A DNA stretch of 63,548 nucleotides, filler included, from Sphacelaria rigidula (GCA_964200075.2; 11 parts of 11 records of this genome joined end to end with filler, not necessarily neighbours in it), one strand, 5' to 3'. Positions 49,196 through 61,511 are shown, counted from the first letter of the whole stretch. Numbers and translations: made by a program. Notes: a model not told the origin generated them from the sequence alone.

Positions 49196-50408
49196 CGAGC
49201 TGGGCCAGCCTAGAGGCGGATTTGAAGTTTGCGGGCGAATGCGCCGGCCAATATTTAGAGTTGGAGCGTAAAAATTGGTAGGGACAATGCATAGGGCATC
49301 ATAAAAAAAATCAAAGAAGCAGCAGAACTTTTTCTTTCTTTCGTGAGGCGAGGGCATTTTACTGATACCTGAAAACTGATTACTGCTCTTAACTCACGAA
49401 AAAACTGAAACCATCTGGTGCTTCTTTCATGTTCTTCTATATATGCTCTATGCATTTACCATACCAATTTTTACGCTCCAACTCTGAATATTGGCCGGCG
49501 CATTTGCCTTTCAAAAACCGGGTCGGTAGGAATTCGGAACAGTATTTCGCAGGCCACTCACCGGCCCACGTTTGGTTTTTGTGTATTGAAATTTTGTGTG
49601 GGCACCTGCTAGGGCATATCAACACAACTCAGTGGGTCAATTTTTTCTTCATCATATTTTTCACTGGTTCAGGGCGTTTTAGTATGGCCACGACGATTTT
49701 TTTACGAGAACGCCCGAACCTCCCCCAAAAAGTAAACTAAAAACGAAGGCCCATTTTTTTTTTGGGGGGGGGGAGGTTCGGGCGTTTTACGTGCCAAGTT
49801 TCAAATCACAATTCTAAAAATTGAGCTCAACAATTGAGATAAGGCCCAAGAGCAACGTTCATTTCTTCTCAAAACTCCACTGAAAGCAAGAAAAAAAAAT
49901 GAAAAAAAAACGAAAAAAAACAAAGGCTAATTTTTTTTTCATAATCCACTAGCGGTCTTCATACCAAATTTCATAGCATAACTCTCAAAAGCTGAGACGC
50001 GATTTTCGGATTTAGGGCATCTAGTGCCTCTGCTCGGAATATATCGATTCCAGAGTCGAACCTTTTGTGCGCCATATCTCGAGATAGATTACGAATTGGG
50101 TGAAGGTGAAGGTATCTATCGTCTCCCCGTGCTCCAGGGAAGTTCCACACCAAAAAGCATCATCATCCGATGAATGCATCGTTCGGGGTTTATATAGATT
50201 CAAGTGTGGACGCCATCTGCGGACGGTATAGGAATTACTAGACACGGGGTTTAATCGACGAGAATGAATTGGCTCAGAATTTTGAGCAGATGGGCACCTT
50301 CCTCTTGATTAGACAATTAATATGATATGCGGATCATGACCCAACTCGTCTATGTCGATGAGATATTTCTTTCAGAGCTTCAATCCGTTTTTAGGCTTGC
50401 CCAGCTAA
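49196..50408. mobile_element. Mariner-like 1.2-kb MITE, full-length, opposite orientation to 1560-2781
   Basis: TA|CGAGCTGGGCCAGCCTA ... TAGGCTTGCCCAGCTAA|TA. Confidence 0.85.
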
Positions 50409-51976
50409 TAGAATCGACCGGGAATCCTTATCCACAACGCTCGCACATGAGTGCTTTGAGCTTCTTCCCACACGCACTTGACCGATGTTCTGCCGAGTTT
50501 TTCGATCATTTCACTTGGTTTCGGAACAGGACAGAATGCATGTTGCAATTTCCAATCCTCATGGACGAAGCGCGGGAATTCTAGCACCACCGCGGCATGG
50601 TTCGCAACGTACAGTCAGTACTGTGCTCGTCATACCGCCAGCTAGAAGCACGCAGTGTCAACTACCGTGCATAAGTGTATTACCCTGCGCAGTACACTTC
50701 GTGTATGAAATACTTCTAGCCTCCGCAACGGGGTGCATACGTTGCCATCCGTCCGTCTGAGCCTTCCACAAAATCTGTAGCGACAAGTTGCCGTCCTCAT
50801 GGGGGCACCTCTCTTCCAAGTACGCCAGCCACTTTTTTCTTGGCATATCTCGACGCCTTGGAGAATGACTTTCCCCAACGACAGCCGCGGGTCATGGATT
50901 CAAATTCGGTAAAATGCCCGCATAATTAATGCCCGCATAATTAATGCCTGCATTAAAAGACCAAGTTGTATGGCAGCCAATCCCGAATTTGGCGGGACTT
51001 CAATCTGTGCCAAATCGGGCGGGCTCCGATTCGCGAAACTCAGATTGTGGATACGCCTGTATGTGTCATGGATTCAAAGATTTGTGGAATTTGTTCTGTA
51101 CGCGGAGGATCATTTTCTGCACGATTGTAGTCTCACAATGAAGCCGACGAACAGGCGGGAAGGGAATCATGATTCAAGAGAAGCATCGTACCGTGGTACC
51201 CTAACAGGGTATAATGCAGTGCAGTACACTCCACAATCACAGTACACGTTAATGCCGTGTGGTAATACATGATGATCCAGCCGGTATTGCGAGAACACTG
51301 CACAGTGTGCGACAAGAGTTCACGAGTGCAGCGCAATTCATCGCCCTTCAAGCACACCGACAGCAGAGTGTAGGATAGTATAGTGCCGTTTTTCATTATG
51401 ATACTTGTACAGGAGTGCAGTGCAGAATAAAATATCACCATCGCAGCAGGGTATGGCGTGGACACTTCTTGTCCGCTTGTCAAAACCCGTGCGAAGCTGC
51501 TTCAGCGGCTGGTGCGGGCAGACACGCCTTGTGCTTTCACGAGACTGTCCGGTGCTGCGATTACAAAAATATCAAACGCCTGTTGCCCTATTATCGTCCG
51601 CCAACGTACGTGCGTCACCTCCTACAGATTCGGGTGACCTCGGTTTCCCCCCGATCTGCACTCAGATTCGTAGGAAACCGTTCTCAAATTGTGACATACG
51701 AATCTGAGCTTCCCCGATTTGGGCCAAATCAGGGTCCATAAAAAAAATCGACTTAACGGTTGACGAGGGAAAGGGACCGCTGAAATCCTTTCGCGATAAA
51801 AAAACAAAGACAGGCACCGTAGGTAAGGTAGGTACCCGGTACCGGTATTTGGGGCATCTCATACCCTACCGATACCGACCCAATCCGGTATTTTGAAATC
51901 GCATACCTACGATACCTGCGATACCAGGGAATTCCGAGATTTCAATACCTACCCTATCTGCCCAATCCGGTATTTT

Positions 51977-52076
51977 NNNNNNNNNNNNNNNNNNNNNNNN
52001 NNNNNNNNNNNNNNNNNNNNTTAATTAATTAANNNNNNNNNNNNNNNNNNNNNNNNNNNNNNNNNNNNNNNNNNNN
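51977..52076. other. Artificial contig linker
   Basis: 44 N + TTAATTAATTAA + 44 N. Confidence 0.98.
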
Positions 52077-52148
52077 ACTCTGTGACCACGGGTTCGAGAG
52101 ATCGAGCTAATGTGATGGATATAATAATAATAATAATAACAACAACAA
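52077..52148 (+). mobile_element. RTE LINE 3' end with (AAT)n(AAC)n tail
   Basis: CTGTGACCACGGGTTCGAGAGATCG matches the reverse complement of 54424-54448. Confidence 0.75.
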
Positions 52149-53573
52149 TCGGATTTTTTAGTAGGGCTGGCTGTCCCGTGTACTCCTCGGGTGCGCACAA
52201 CGCGTTTCCGTTTAAATCTGCGCCACAGAAGCCGATTTGGGGTCTACCAAAGCCTCACTTTTTTCAGGGAATGTATGTACCGCCCTTGCCCGAGTGTTGT
52301 CTGCGTGCGTTGGGTTGGTTCAACCCAATCAGCCTCCTTGAAAGCCAAGGTATATCGCAGACGTGGACGAAAGGTGACGCAGTGGCATGTAATATATGAG
52401 GAACAACGGAAATAGCGGTAGGGTTCTGGTTTTAGACGGCAATCCACTTTTTTTCGATATGAATTTTGGATCCACGCCGTTCTCTTCCGATGACGTCAGG
52501 CGCATTTTACTCTACGAACCTGGAAAAGCCCCAGAAGTCGGTCTGTTCGTGTCTGTTCGTGCTTTTGGTCGGTGACACTTTTTGGGCTCATTTTGGGGGG
52601 TCGGGCGCGCCCATAACTGTCTTCTCCTTGCGTTGCAAAAATATCAAACGCCCCTCACTCTAGCGTTGTATGTCAATGCACGTACGTCACCTAAAAAAAA
52701 TCGGGGGGGGTCACGATTTCGGAATTTTTTGCCCCATTTTTTTCCGAAAAATCGGAGGAAATCGTTCCGAAATCGTGCAACTCGATTTCTTCGCCCCCGA
52801 TTTGTGCCAATTCCGTGTCGATAAAATGAGTTCTCCATTTTCTTCTCCCCCCGATTTTGATAAAATCGAAAATCGTGCCTGCCGTAAAAGTGGGTCTAAG
52901 TCCTTGGAGGCTGTGTGTTGTGACTGCTGTTGTTGCTGCTATACATCCTGTACTGCACATACTCGTATGATGTTGGAAACCACCCTCCCCGTGGCAGCAG
53001 TCGCGTTCGGATCATATCTTATCGCCTGAGGTGATGTTCTACAGGGAATGTCGATCGTACGGGGAAAGCCTACAGCCTAACCACAAAAACATGCGGGAAA
53101 GAGCGACTATCTTTTTTTCATTCGTAAAGGGTAAGAGTCAAGATCCAGTGGAGTGGCCACAAAAACATACATATGTGGGGCTCTTATTATAGTTGTTTCA
53201 CGACTTCAAGGCAACAATCAATAGCTATTTTTAAGTGAAATGTGCGCTGTCATGTCAGGAAAATATATCTCGACCGATAAAACGGCTTTTTTGTGTGCTT
53301 TTCATGCCCCGTACAATTTTTGGAGTCCAACTCAGAAAAAGTAGTAAGGGCCTGCAACCTGCAGATCCTTACCAACGAACGCTGCCCAGGCTTGCACGAG
53401 CTGGGTCAGCACAAACTACAGTCACGTGAACTTTCTGAGAGCTATTCTTTTAACCGTGATTTGAAACTCAGCATGGAGAACCACAGAAGTATGCAAAAAG
53501 TAAAATAAACATGGGCCTTCATTTTTTGTCTTTCCGGAGAGGTTCAGGTGTTCTCGTAAAAAAATGATCTTTA

Positions 53574-54049
53574 CGCCGCTCCTTGAAAAAAAATTAAAAA
53601 ATCTGGGAAAGTGCCTGTTTTGAGCTTTCACGTTGTTTTACGCCCCAAAAGAGAGCTAGGCGGAGTGTGACACCTTGGAATGACTTTCTCTACTAGTTGA
53701 GGCGGTTCCAGGACATCTTCCCGTTTTCCGGTGGCCGCAGTTTTCATTTTGGCCGAAGAAGATTTTTTTTCCAAGCACGGTCGAAAACAGTCAAATGTAA
53801 AAAAAATCGCCACTTTTCTCTGGACTTGACTGTTTTTTACCTTTCTCCGACAAAAAAATTTCTTTGGCCAAAATGAAGAATGCGGCCACCGGAAAACGGC
53901 AACATGTCCTGGAACCGCCTGAACTAGTAGAGCAAGTCATTCCAAGGTGTCAAATTCCGCCTAGCCCTCTTTTTGGGCGTAAAACGACGTAAAAGCTCCA
54001 CAAAGGCACTTTTCCAGTATTTTATTTTTGTCTGTTAGAAGGAGCGGCC
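53574..54049. mobile_element. PIF/Harbinger foldback MITE with perfect TTA TSD, inserted into a mariner-like MITE relative (~53490-54380)
   Basis: TTA|CGCCGCTCCTT ... AAGGAGCGGCC|TTA with ~190-bp inverted arms. The flanks rejoin to match the reverse complement of ~49350-49750. Confidence 0.88.
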
Positions 54050-54380
54050 TTACCAGACTAAAACGTCCTGAACCAATGACAAGAAAAAAACGACCTCACC
54101 CACTTTGTTTTGTTTATTGTGCCCTAACCACGGCTCACACGAAGTTTCACTACACAAACATCAAACGTGAGCCGGTAAGTGACTTGCAAAGTACTGTTCC
54201 GATTTGTTTCTGACCCTGTCACTGAACGGCCCATTGTACGGCCAATATTCAGAGTGAGACCCTGAAATGTGGTATGGACAATAAATAGGGTATACTCAAA
54301 AACGAAGACCAGTGTACACGAGTGTTTTTTTTTCATGGGTTAAGGGCAATAATCAGTTTTCAGGTATCAGTAAAATGCCC

Positions 54381-55450
54381 CTACTACTACTATTATTGTT
54401 ATCATTATTTCCGCACATTAGTCCGATCTCTCGAACCCGTGGTCACAGACTTCGGCTCGTATTTCCAATACCATCCCTTCTATTCGTTACAAGACACAAA
54501 GTCCTCCATTATTTTTTCAAAGACTTCAGCCTGATTACATGAACAAACGCAATCAACTCAAATCACCAAAATGAATAGAAGAAGAGAGACGCCAAAGAAA
54601 AGATGAGAAGTAGCTTCCCCGAGCTCAACAGGGTGAAAGAAAAAAGATCACATCTGCGAAGTAAAGCACACCGACAGAAAAGGGAAGTAAAAGAATAGAC
54701 AAGAAAAGAAAAGACAGATGACACGAAGGGGTTCGCAAGGCCACGAGGCGGAGGGCAACTCAAAAAACAACCTCAGGCACACTCATAGATCACCACCACA
54801 GCTGTTCGGAGAAACCGCAGACGTAGTAGTGAGTGTACCTCCCGATGGGCTAGTGGTCACTTTTTCCGGTTCCTCGGTAGACACTGGGGGAGCTCTGGTA
54901 GTATCACAGCAAAACGTTCCTTAGCGTAGCGTGCTTTCGCCCAGGCTGCCATGTACATGTTAGCCCCCTGCTCTACAACTCGGGACCATTCGGACACATC
55001 TTGGACAACCTGCGTCCACGATGTCGCATTTATCACGAAGCAAGAGCAGTAGTCCGTGATACAGTGCTGTAGGCGCCTTCCTGGCCGGCCTGCCCTGGTC
55101 TTCCCCCCAACCATGATTTCACGCATGACGATGTTGGGGGGGGCGTTCATCATGTATGCGCACAACGCAGCCGGCGTGTAGGAGGGTTCGCTTCATCACT
55201 GTGGCCTCATAGCACTCGCAGCTTCTTCGTTCGGGAAACTCGTGGCATGGCAGCCTGGGGTAGTCAGGGGCGCTGCGGCTTGAGGTATGCATATTGAGGC
55301 ACCTCAGCAGGAATCCTCGATGGGCCTCCCGTAACGCGCCGAAATTGTCGTGTGCTATCGTCCAGGTCACTCAGCCGTACAGCATTACCTCGATCACTTG
55401 AGTTTTCAGGAGACGGGCCTTGGTAGCGAGAGCGATGTACGCCCCTAACT
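54381..55450 (-). mobile_element. 5'-truncated RTE-clade LINE (post-RT C-terminus + 3' UTR + triplet tail)
   Basis: VIEVMLYG*VTW, RGFLLRCL, KRTLLHAGCVVRIHDERPPNIVM..GGKTRAGRP, SWTQVVQDVSEWSRVVEQGA. The tail is (AAT/AGT)n. Confidence 0.85.
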
Positions 55451-56190
55451 CATGAATATATATATATACATATATACACTTGTGTGCACTGATATTTGTG
55501 TTTGGGCAATGACCTTTTCGAATCACAGCATAGGATTGGGTACGGGGAGCGCGGCGAAGAGCACCGTTCGAAGACGACCACAATCACCAAATTACACGAC
55601 ACTGCTACCTGCAGAGGCCTAGAGGTCACCCAGATACGAGTGTCGAGAGTTTGCAGCAATCGCTATCCCCCGTTCGAGCCCATGTGGCGTCGGCGATGGC
55701 AGCGGCGCTGGCTCAACTGGGAGGCCCGTTTCGCATAGGCCCCCACTGCCCCTCCCGAGAGTGCGACCACCGCCAAGAGCAAATACATATGTCGAATCCG
55801 CGACTAATTCCCAGGTCAGTACCAATATCACCACCGGTGGGTGTTCGGAAGCACCCGACAGGAACACCGATACGAACTTTATCGCCGAGGCTACCGATAG
55901 AGGTCAGCGTACTGCCTAACGTGACGACGAGGTTCTTCCGACCGTTTTCGCCACTACTGTTGGGTTCGCAACAACAGGCGAAGAGGCCACCAGCGGCAAA
56001 GTCACCACACGGCAAGAGGGCTTTGATTTACGCCATTTGGTCTCGTGTTCTCGTCAAACTTTCAGTCCCTCTCTTTCCTCTGGACGAGCCCGTTGTCTCA
56101 AGGGATTGATCCGTCGTTCCCCTGGTGCACGCCATGCAAATTGGTATCGCGGATTGGATCACCACTCCCGAACCATGTCGACTCTCGTCA

Positions 56191-56926
56191 AATAAATGTC
56201 TCTTGCTACTCACGTACGCTCTCGCATTATCAACGACGGAAACCAAGATATGTTTCCGACAAAAACCCCGAATGCAACTAGCGGGAGTCGAGCCCGGAGT
56301 TTTCTAACCCAACGTTTTGACTTGTACCAATAGACGACCGGCGGCGGTTTCAGGGTCAAAGAGCGACAGAGATGCACCGACCACACTGCGCATCATGTTC
56401 ACCACTTTCGACGGAATGACGACCTGCTCCACCACAAAACCAGAGAGGAGTCACCATTACCGCGAAGAGGCCATTCTTCGAAGGCATTCAGAGGCGAACC
56501 TGGTGAGTAGTCCGTGGTCAAGAGCAGCAAAAACGAAAACAGGAACATCATGCTAAGATATTCTTCGGAGATCAACGACGGTTGGACACTGCATCAACCA
56601 CGGTAGCTACTCACCAGGTTCGCCTCTGAATGCCTTCGAAGAATGGCCTCTTCGCGGTAATGGTGACTCCTCTCTGGTTTTGTGGAGGAGTAGGTCGTCA
56701 TTCCGTCGAAAGAGGTGAACATGATGCGCAGTGCGGTCGGTGCATCTCGGTCGCTCTTTGACCCTGAAACCGCTGCCGGTCGTCTGTTGGTACAAGTCAA
56801 AACGTTGGGTTGGAAAACTCCGGGCTCGACTCCCGCTAGTTACATTCGGGGCTTTTGTCGGAAAAATATCTTGGTTTCCGTCGTTGATAATGTGAGGGCG
56901 TACGTGAGTAGCAAGAAACATTTATT
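56191..56926. repeat. Long inverted repeat: ~320-bp arms (56191-56510, 56607-56926), ~96-bp spacer
   Basis: The arms are near-identical reverse complements. The mirrored ORFs 56317..56556(+) and 56594..56800(-) confirm this. Confidence 0.95.
56772..56844 (+). ncRNA. tRNA-derived (His-like) pseudogene / SINE head, with a mirror copy at 56273-56345 (-)
   Basis: A-box-like GTCGTCT(A/G)TTGGTA, CGTTGGG in the anticodon-arm position, and a T-arm CGGGCTCGACTCCCG at tRNA spacing. The acceptor stem pairs poorly. Confidence 0.45.
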
Positions 56927-57289
56927 GCGATATCCACACTTGCTGTAGGCCTTCGTTCTCGAAAATACTGAGGAGGTAATACCCGTTTTAGATCGCTAAT
57001 ATTCATGATGTATCCTACCGTACAACCCGTACCCTACTCTACGGAACAATGCGAGGTGCGCCCCGTGAGAACTATCCGCAACTGAACTCTGAGGGTGGTT
57101 TTGCTGCCACTCTTCGCATGGTCGCAACCTGTGTTGGAAATGTGGGTCTAGCTTGTCCGCGTACTAATGTATGTCAGCAGTGTTCAACAGTCAACTTGAC
57201 AGGAACAGCGGTTCAACTCGTGAACCCAGCTCTAACAAGAGAACTCGTACAGGATACACTGTGTTGGTGAAACACTTCCTTCGTGCAGT

Positions 57290-57365
57290 TGGTTGATTGA
57301 TTGATAGATTGTCGCGCTTGAACTGACCCCCCAGGGATCCAGCCGTGGTCTCATGATCGATTTAC
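57290..57365 (-). mobile_element. 3' end of a (CAAT)n-tailed non-LTR element
   Basis: (ATTG)n-TCGCRCTTNAACT..CGTGGTCTCA on the plus strand. Similar ends occur at ~32985-33090, 36800-36865 and 45994-46065. Confidence 0.6.
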
Positions 57366-57762
57366 CCAAGAAAAACGAAACTGAAACACGCAGTAAACAA
57401 AATATTATGGTTTTCACTTGGCGCTTCATTTGACCGAACACAGAATTAAACCCTACCAAAACCTCCCTTCCCCGTCCTCCAACGAAGGCCATGACCGGTT
57501 TTGTCGGTACGGCGTGGAGAGGGTCTCTTTGGCGGGTGTAGGGCCGGAATCACCTTCACGTAGTGATTCATTCTCACCACCACCCTTGGACCAGGCCGTG
57601 GTGTGGTGGTAGAGTTGGGTCAGCGCGGTGCTCGTCAGGCACACCCATCCCTGTTGTAACGTAGCAGTAAAATATGTCAACACCCTGAGCGCGGGCATAT
57701 AATAGGGTTGCCAGAAAAATGAGAACGTATTTTGAAATGAGAATCAACCGCTCCCCGGGATT

Positions 57763-57862
57763 NNNNNNNNNNNNNNNNNNNNNNNNNNNNNNNNNNNNNN
57801 NNNNNNTTAATTAATTAANNNNNNNNNNNNNNNNNNNNNNNNNNNNNNNNNNNNNNNNNNNN
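57763..57862. other. Artificial contig linker
   Basis: 44 N + TTAATTAATTAA + 44 N. Confidence 0.98.
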
Positions 57863-58329
57863 CAAGACAGATATGCCACTTCAGCCCCATATTTTGTATG
57901 AACCCCAAAATATAAAATCGGCTGTTATTTGGTGTGTGCTTTTCTTTGCTTGTAGCACTGGGGTGTGCCTTCAGCTACACCTCGATATCCTACTCGGAGG
58001 TATCAAGGGCTTTAGGGGCAAGCTAATGAAGAAAGCATATCGGGCCTCGTGTAGGGACATTTTGGAACCGAAACGAATTATTCATTTATTGACCGCTTCT
58101 CACTATCAATCATATCCTCCACTCTCCATCTCACAAAAACAAATGATATTGACATGTCCCTTCTGTTGTGTCAGGGGGTCAAATCACCGCGCAGAGGATA
58201 TAAGATCACGCTATTCGCCTCTTTGGGGCGCCCTCAATCCCTGCAGAGGGTTTACTGATGCCTTCCGTCATCTGCGGGATGAGGAGGTCGATATCCCGCT
58301 AGAGTCTTGGCTCCCCTTTTGCCTCTAGA

Positions 58330-58730
58330 GTATCGTCCACCCCTCTCGATTCTAAAGGGATGTTTGTTCTATATCTCTGGAGGGAACTGGAGGTGATCCC
58401 TTCCCTCCAGAGGACAGCGCAACCTACGATTCTGAAGGCTCGCCGTTCCTCCAGAGTGACTCAGTGGATGCCCTCTCAAGGGAATAGGAGACGTGTCCTC
58501 CCTTCAGAGGGCAGCAAAACCTACGATTCTGGAGGCTCGCCGTCCCTCCAGAGTGACTCCGTGGATACCCTCTGGAAGAAATAGGAGAGATGTCCTCCCT
58601 CCAGAGGGCAGCAAAATTTCGATTCTGGAGGCTCGCCGTCCCTCCAGAGAAATTCCGTGTATGTCCTCTGGTGGAAACAGGGGTGATGTTCTCCCTCCAG
58701 AGGGCAAAAAAACTACCATTCTAGAGGGGC
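58330..58730. repeat. Tandem repeat, ~97-bp unit, ~4 copies
   Basis: CCTCCAGAGGGCAGCAAAACCTACGATTCTGGAGGCTCGCCGTCCCTCCAGAG recurs at ~97-bp spacing. Confidence 0.88.
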
Positions 58731-58769
58731 GGAGAGGTGAGCCAAATGGCGCGTGTGAAAGTAGCGAGG

Positions 58770-59790
58770 TCATTTCCTCCTCAGCCCCTGCCAAAAGTCG
58801 GGGCAGTCCCAATTAGTAGTACAAGCCGAGTGCAGAACCAGAATGGATCAATCGAAGCGCGTACAATTACCGGGAGAGAAACAGAAACGAGGCCATTTCC
58901 TTGTCACCCTCCGTCCTTAGCCGGGTCAGATTCGAGTATTAGTACGCGTCTAGCGCAGACCCAGATTGCGTCGAACGAAGCACCTAGCAGTACCCGGAGA
59001 GAGGAAGAATCGAGGTCATTTCCTGGTCAACCCCCGGCAATCGTCAAGACAGATCCGTGTAGTAGTACAAGCCGAGTGCAGACCCAGAATGGGTCAAATG
59101 AAGCGCGTACCAGGACTCGGAGAGAAAGAGAAATGAGGTCATTTCCTTATCAACCTACGTCTGTAGTCGGGAAAGATCCGTGTAGTAGAACAAGCTGAGT
59201 GCAGACCCAGAGTGGGTCAATCGAAGTGCATACCAGTACTCGGAAAGAAAAAGAATCGAGGACATTCCCTTAACCCCCGGCAATAGTCAATACAGTTCCG
59301 AGTTGACACTTTCTACGATAGCTCCCCCCCAAAAAGTGCATGGTTTTGGCAGGTAAAGTCTTCACATGAATCGAAATGGGAAACGCCGAGCACAACGAAC
59401 AACTGGGAATTCCTACGCTTGGGTTCGTTTTAGCCAATATTGCCAATATGAGGCGCTTCATGCGGCCTGAATCCAAGCTTCAGGCGCTGTATGGTCATTT
59501 TGTTTGTGACATTTTTGGGCTGGTTTTGGGGGGGGGCTATCGTAGAAAGTTTCAGTTGCAGTACACGCCGAGTGCAGGGCCAGAAAGAGCCAATCGAAGC
59601 GCGTACAACTATCTGGAGAGAAGAAGAAACGAAGTCATTTCCTTGTCACCCCCGGCATCAGTCGGGACAAACTCGAGTAGTAGTGCACGTCAAGTGTAGG
59701 CCCAAAAAGGATCAATCGACGCGCGTACTGATACACAGAGAGGAGACGAAGCGAGGGTATTTCCTCGCCAACACCCGGAATCGTGCTTGA
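58770..59790 (+). repeat. Tandem repeat, 123-bp (41-aa) unit, ~6 copies, interrupted by a MITE
   Basis: AGTAGTACAAGCCGAGTGCAGACCCAG at ~58815, 58938, 59061 and 59184, resuming after 59557. Translates as SSTSRVQTQNGSNEART...SFP units. Confidence 0.88.
59305..59553. mobile_element. 249-bp MITE with 4-bp TSD AGTT
   Basis: AGTT|GACACTTTCTACGATAGCTCCCCCCCAAAA ... TTTTGGGGGGGGGCTATCGTAGAAAGTTTC|AGTT. Removing it restores the 123-bp unit length. Confidence 0.8.
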
Positions 59791-59879
59791 CGGGACAAAC
59801 TTAAGTAAGAGAGATATGTACGACGAGTCGACGTCTTCAACGTCTCGCGCAAGGTCACATCACAACAACGAAAACATGA

Positions 59880-61101
59880 TTGAAAGATTGCGAATACATC
59901 GGGAAATACGATCTTTCGACAGCACCACAAGTATTATTCAAAACAAAACCGATCACTCAAGAAATGGCAACGGCATGCACAGAATTAATGAGATTGTACA
60001 ACGGGAACGTTGGAGACGTAGCGGGAAGGCTCAACGGTACCCTGGTGTCACCGCCGATGAACCTCCGTAAAATCCACCACCATTTCGGAGAAATAAAACG
60101 TTTTCCAGGAATGAAAAAAATGTTGCACATACTCGAACACGGTGTACCGATAAACACGACAGAAACCGCACCGGACTTGAGGCGAACACTCGAATATGGT
60201 AACCACAGCAGTATGGACGGTTACACCTCACATGTCTGGAAACAAGTGACGGAAGATGTGGGGAGGATCATATGCCTGGTTTTTAATCGATCTGCGATCT
60301 CCGAAATTGAGCATTTGCAAGTAGCCCCTTTAGGAGCGGTTGTCACCAATAAGGTCCGCATCATCCATGATTTTTCGTTCGATATCAACTCCAAACCCGG
60401 TACGAAAGGAGGACTAAACGCCGTCACCAACCCCGACGGAATCCCAGGTTATCTTTGCGCTGAGGCCCTGCCACAGCTACTACAAGAAATCCTACGGCTT
60501 AGAAAGAAATCCCTACACAAACGGATTCTCTTGTCAAAAGCTGATGTAACGAATGCTTTCCGGAACGTGCGCGTAGCTGCAGAACATGCGCACAAGTGTT
60601 GCTACGTAATCAACGATATTTTAGTAGCTGATTTTCGACTTACCTTCGGCTGGACGGGTTCCCCGGGTTTCTGGGGGCTGCTCTCGCAAGCCATATAACA
60701 TTCCCACTGTTGTACTACTCCCAACAATGTAGACATACTATAGAAAGGAAGGAGGATGATGATGGAACACGTACGAATAGTCCTGCCATGGGAGGAGGGG
60801 TCCACCCACGACAGTACCGCCAAACATCGGGGTGGTCCCGTCGAAGGGAGGGGGACCTCACGACCCCTTTGTTTCTGTGGTTTATGTAGATGATTCTATA
60901 TTAGCCAAAATACAAAACGATGAAGAGGACCAGTCAGCGTTACTGGCATCCACCTCTCTCGCCTCCGACCACCTGAGATTATTCGGACCACGCGAACGCA
61001 ATGAAACTCCAATCCTAGCACCCAGTAAAAGTACCGATTGGGATACCACCGTGGAGGCGTTGGGGTACACGAACAATACTCACAACATGCATCCTCCATG
61101 A
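59880..61101 (+). mobile_element. DIRS/Ngaro-type (tyrosine-recombinase retrotransposon) reverse transcriptase, disrupted
   Basis: YGNHSS, VAPLGAV..KVRIIHDFSF, SKADVTNAFRNV and RLTFGWTGSPGFW, then after a stop/frameshift VYVDDSIL and KSTDWDTTVEALG. Confidence 0.82.
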
Positions 61102-61511
61102 GTACCTGGCGGGGGACAGGGAAGCCGTCCTCCCTCAGGTCTTGAGAGTCGTTTGAATTGGGTGGATGAAGTTGAGAAAAATCTGTTTAGCTTTCATACC
61201 CGTCGCGAACTCCGGTAGGGAGTAAGTACGGTAGCAACGGAAGCTAGCTATGATCGGGTTTGTCTGCTGTACTACCGACAGCGTTGCGTGAAAGCCGTAA
61301 GACGTTTACTGTCGGCGGTTGATGGCGCGGGTCTCAAATGCAACGACAAGTGGTTGATCGTAGAACACTCTCATCGCAGCTTGTAATGCATTGAAGAATG
61401 GTTACTGCCATTATTGAGGTAATGGCAGGCCACGGACTGAGCATCCATCTTTCCTCGGCGGTTGACCCGCATCATGCCGGGTTGCAGAAACGGCACAATC
61501 TGTAGCGGCGG

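Noticed and set aside
50658..50846. Rieske-like RCPH motif (YLEERCPHEDGNLS)
   Set aside because: The second CxxH box is absent. Likely chance.
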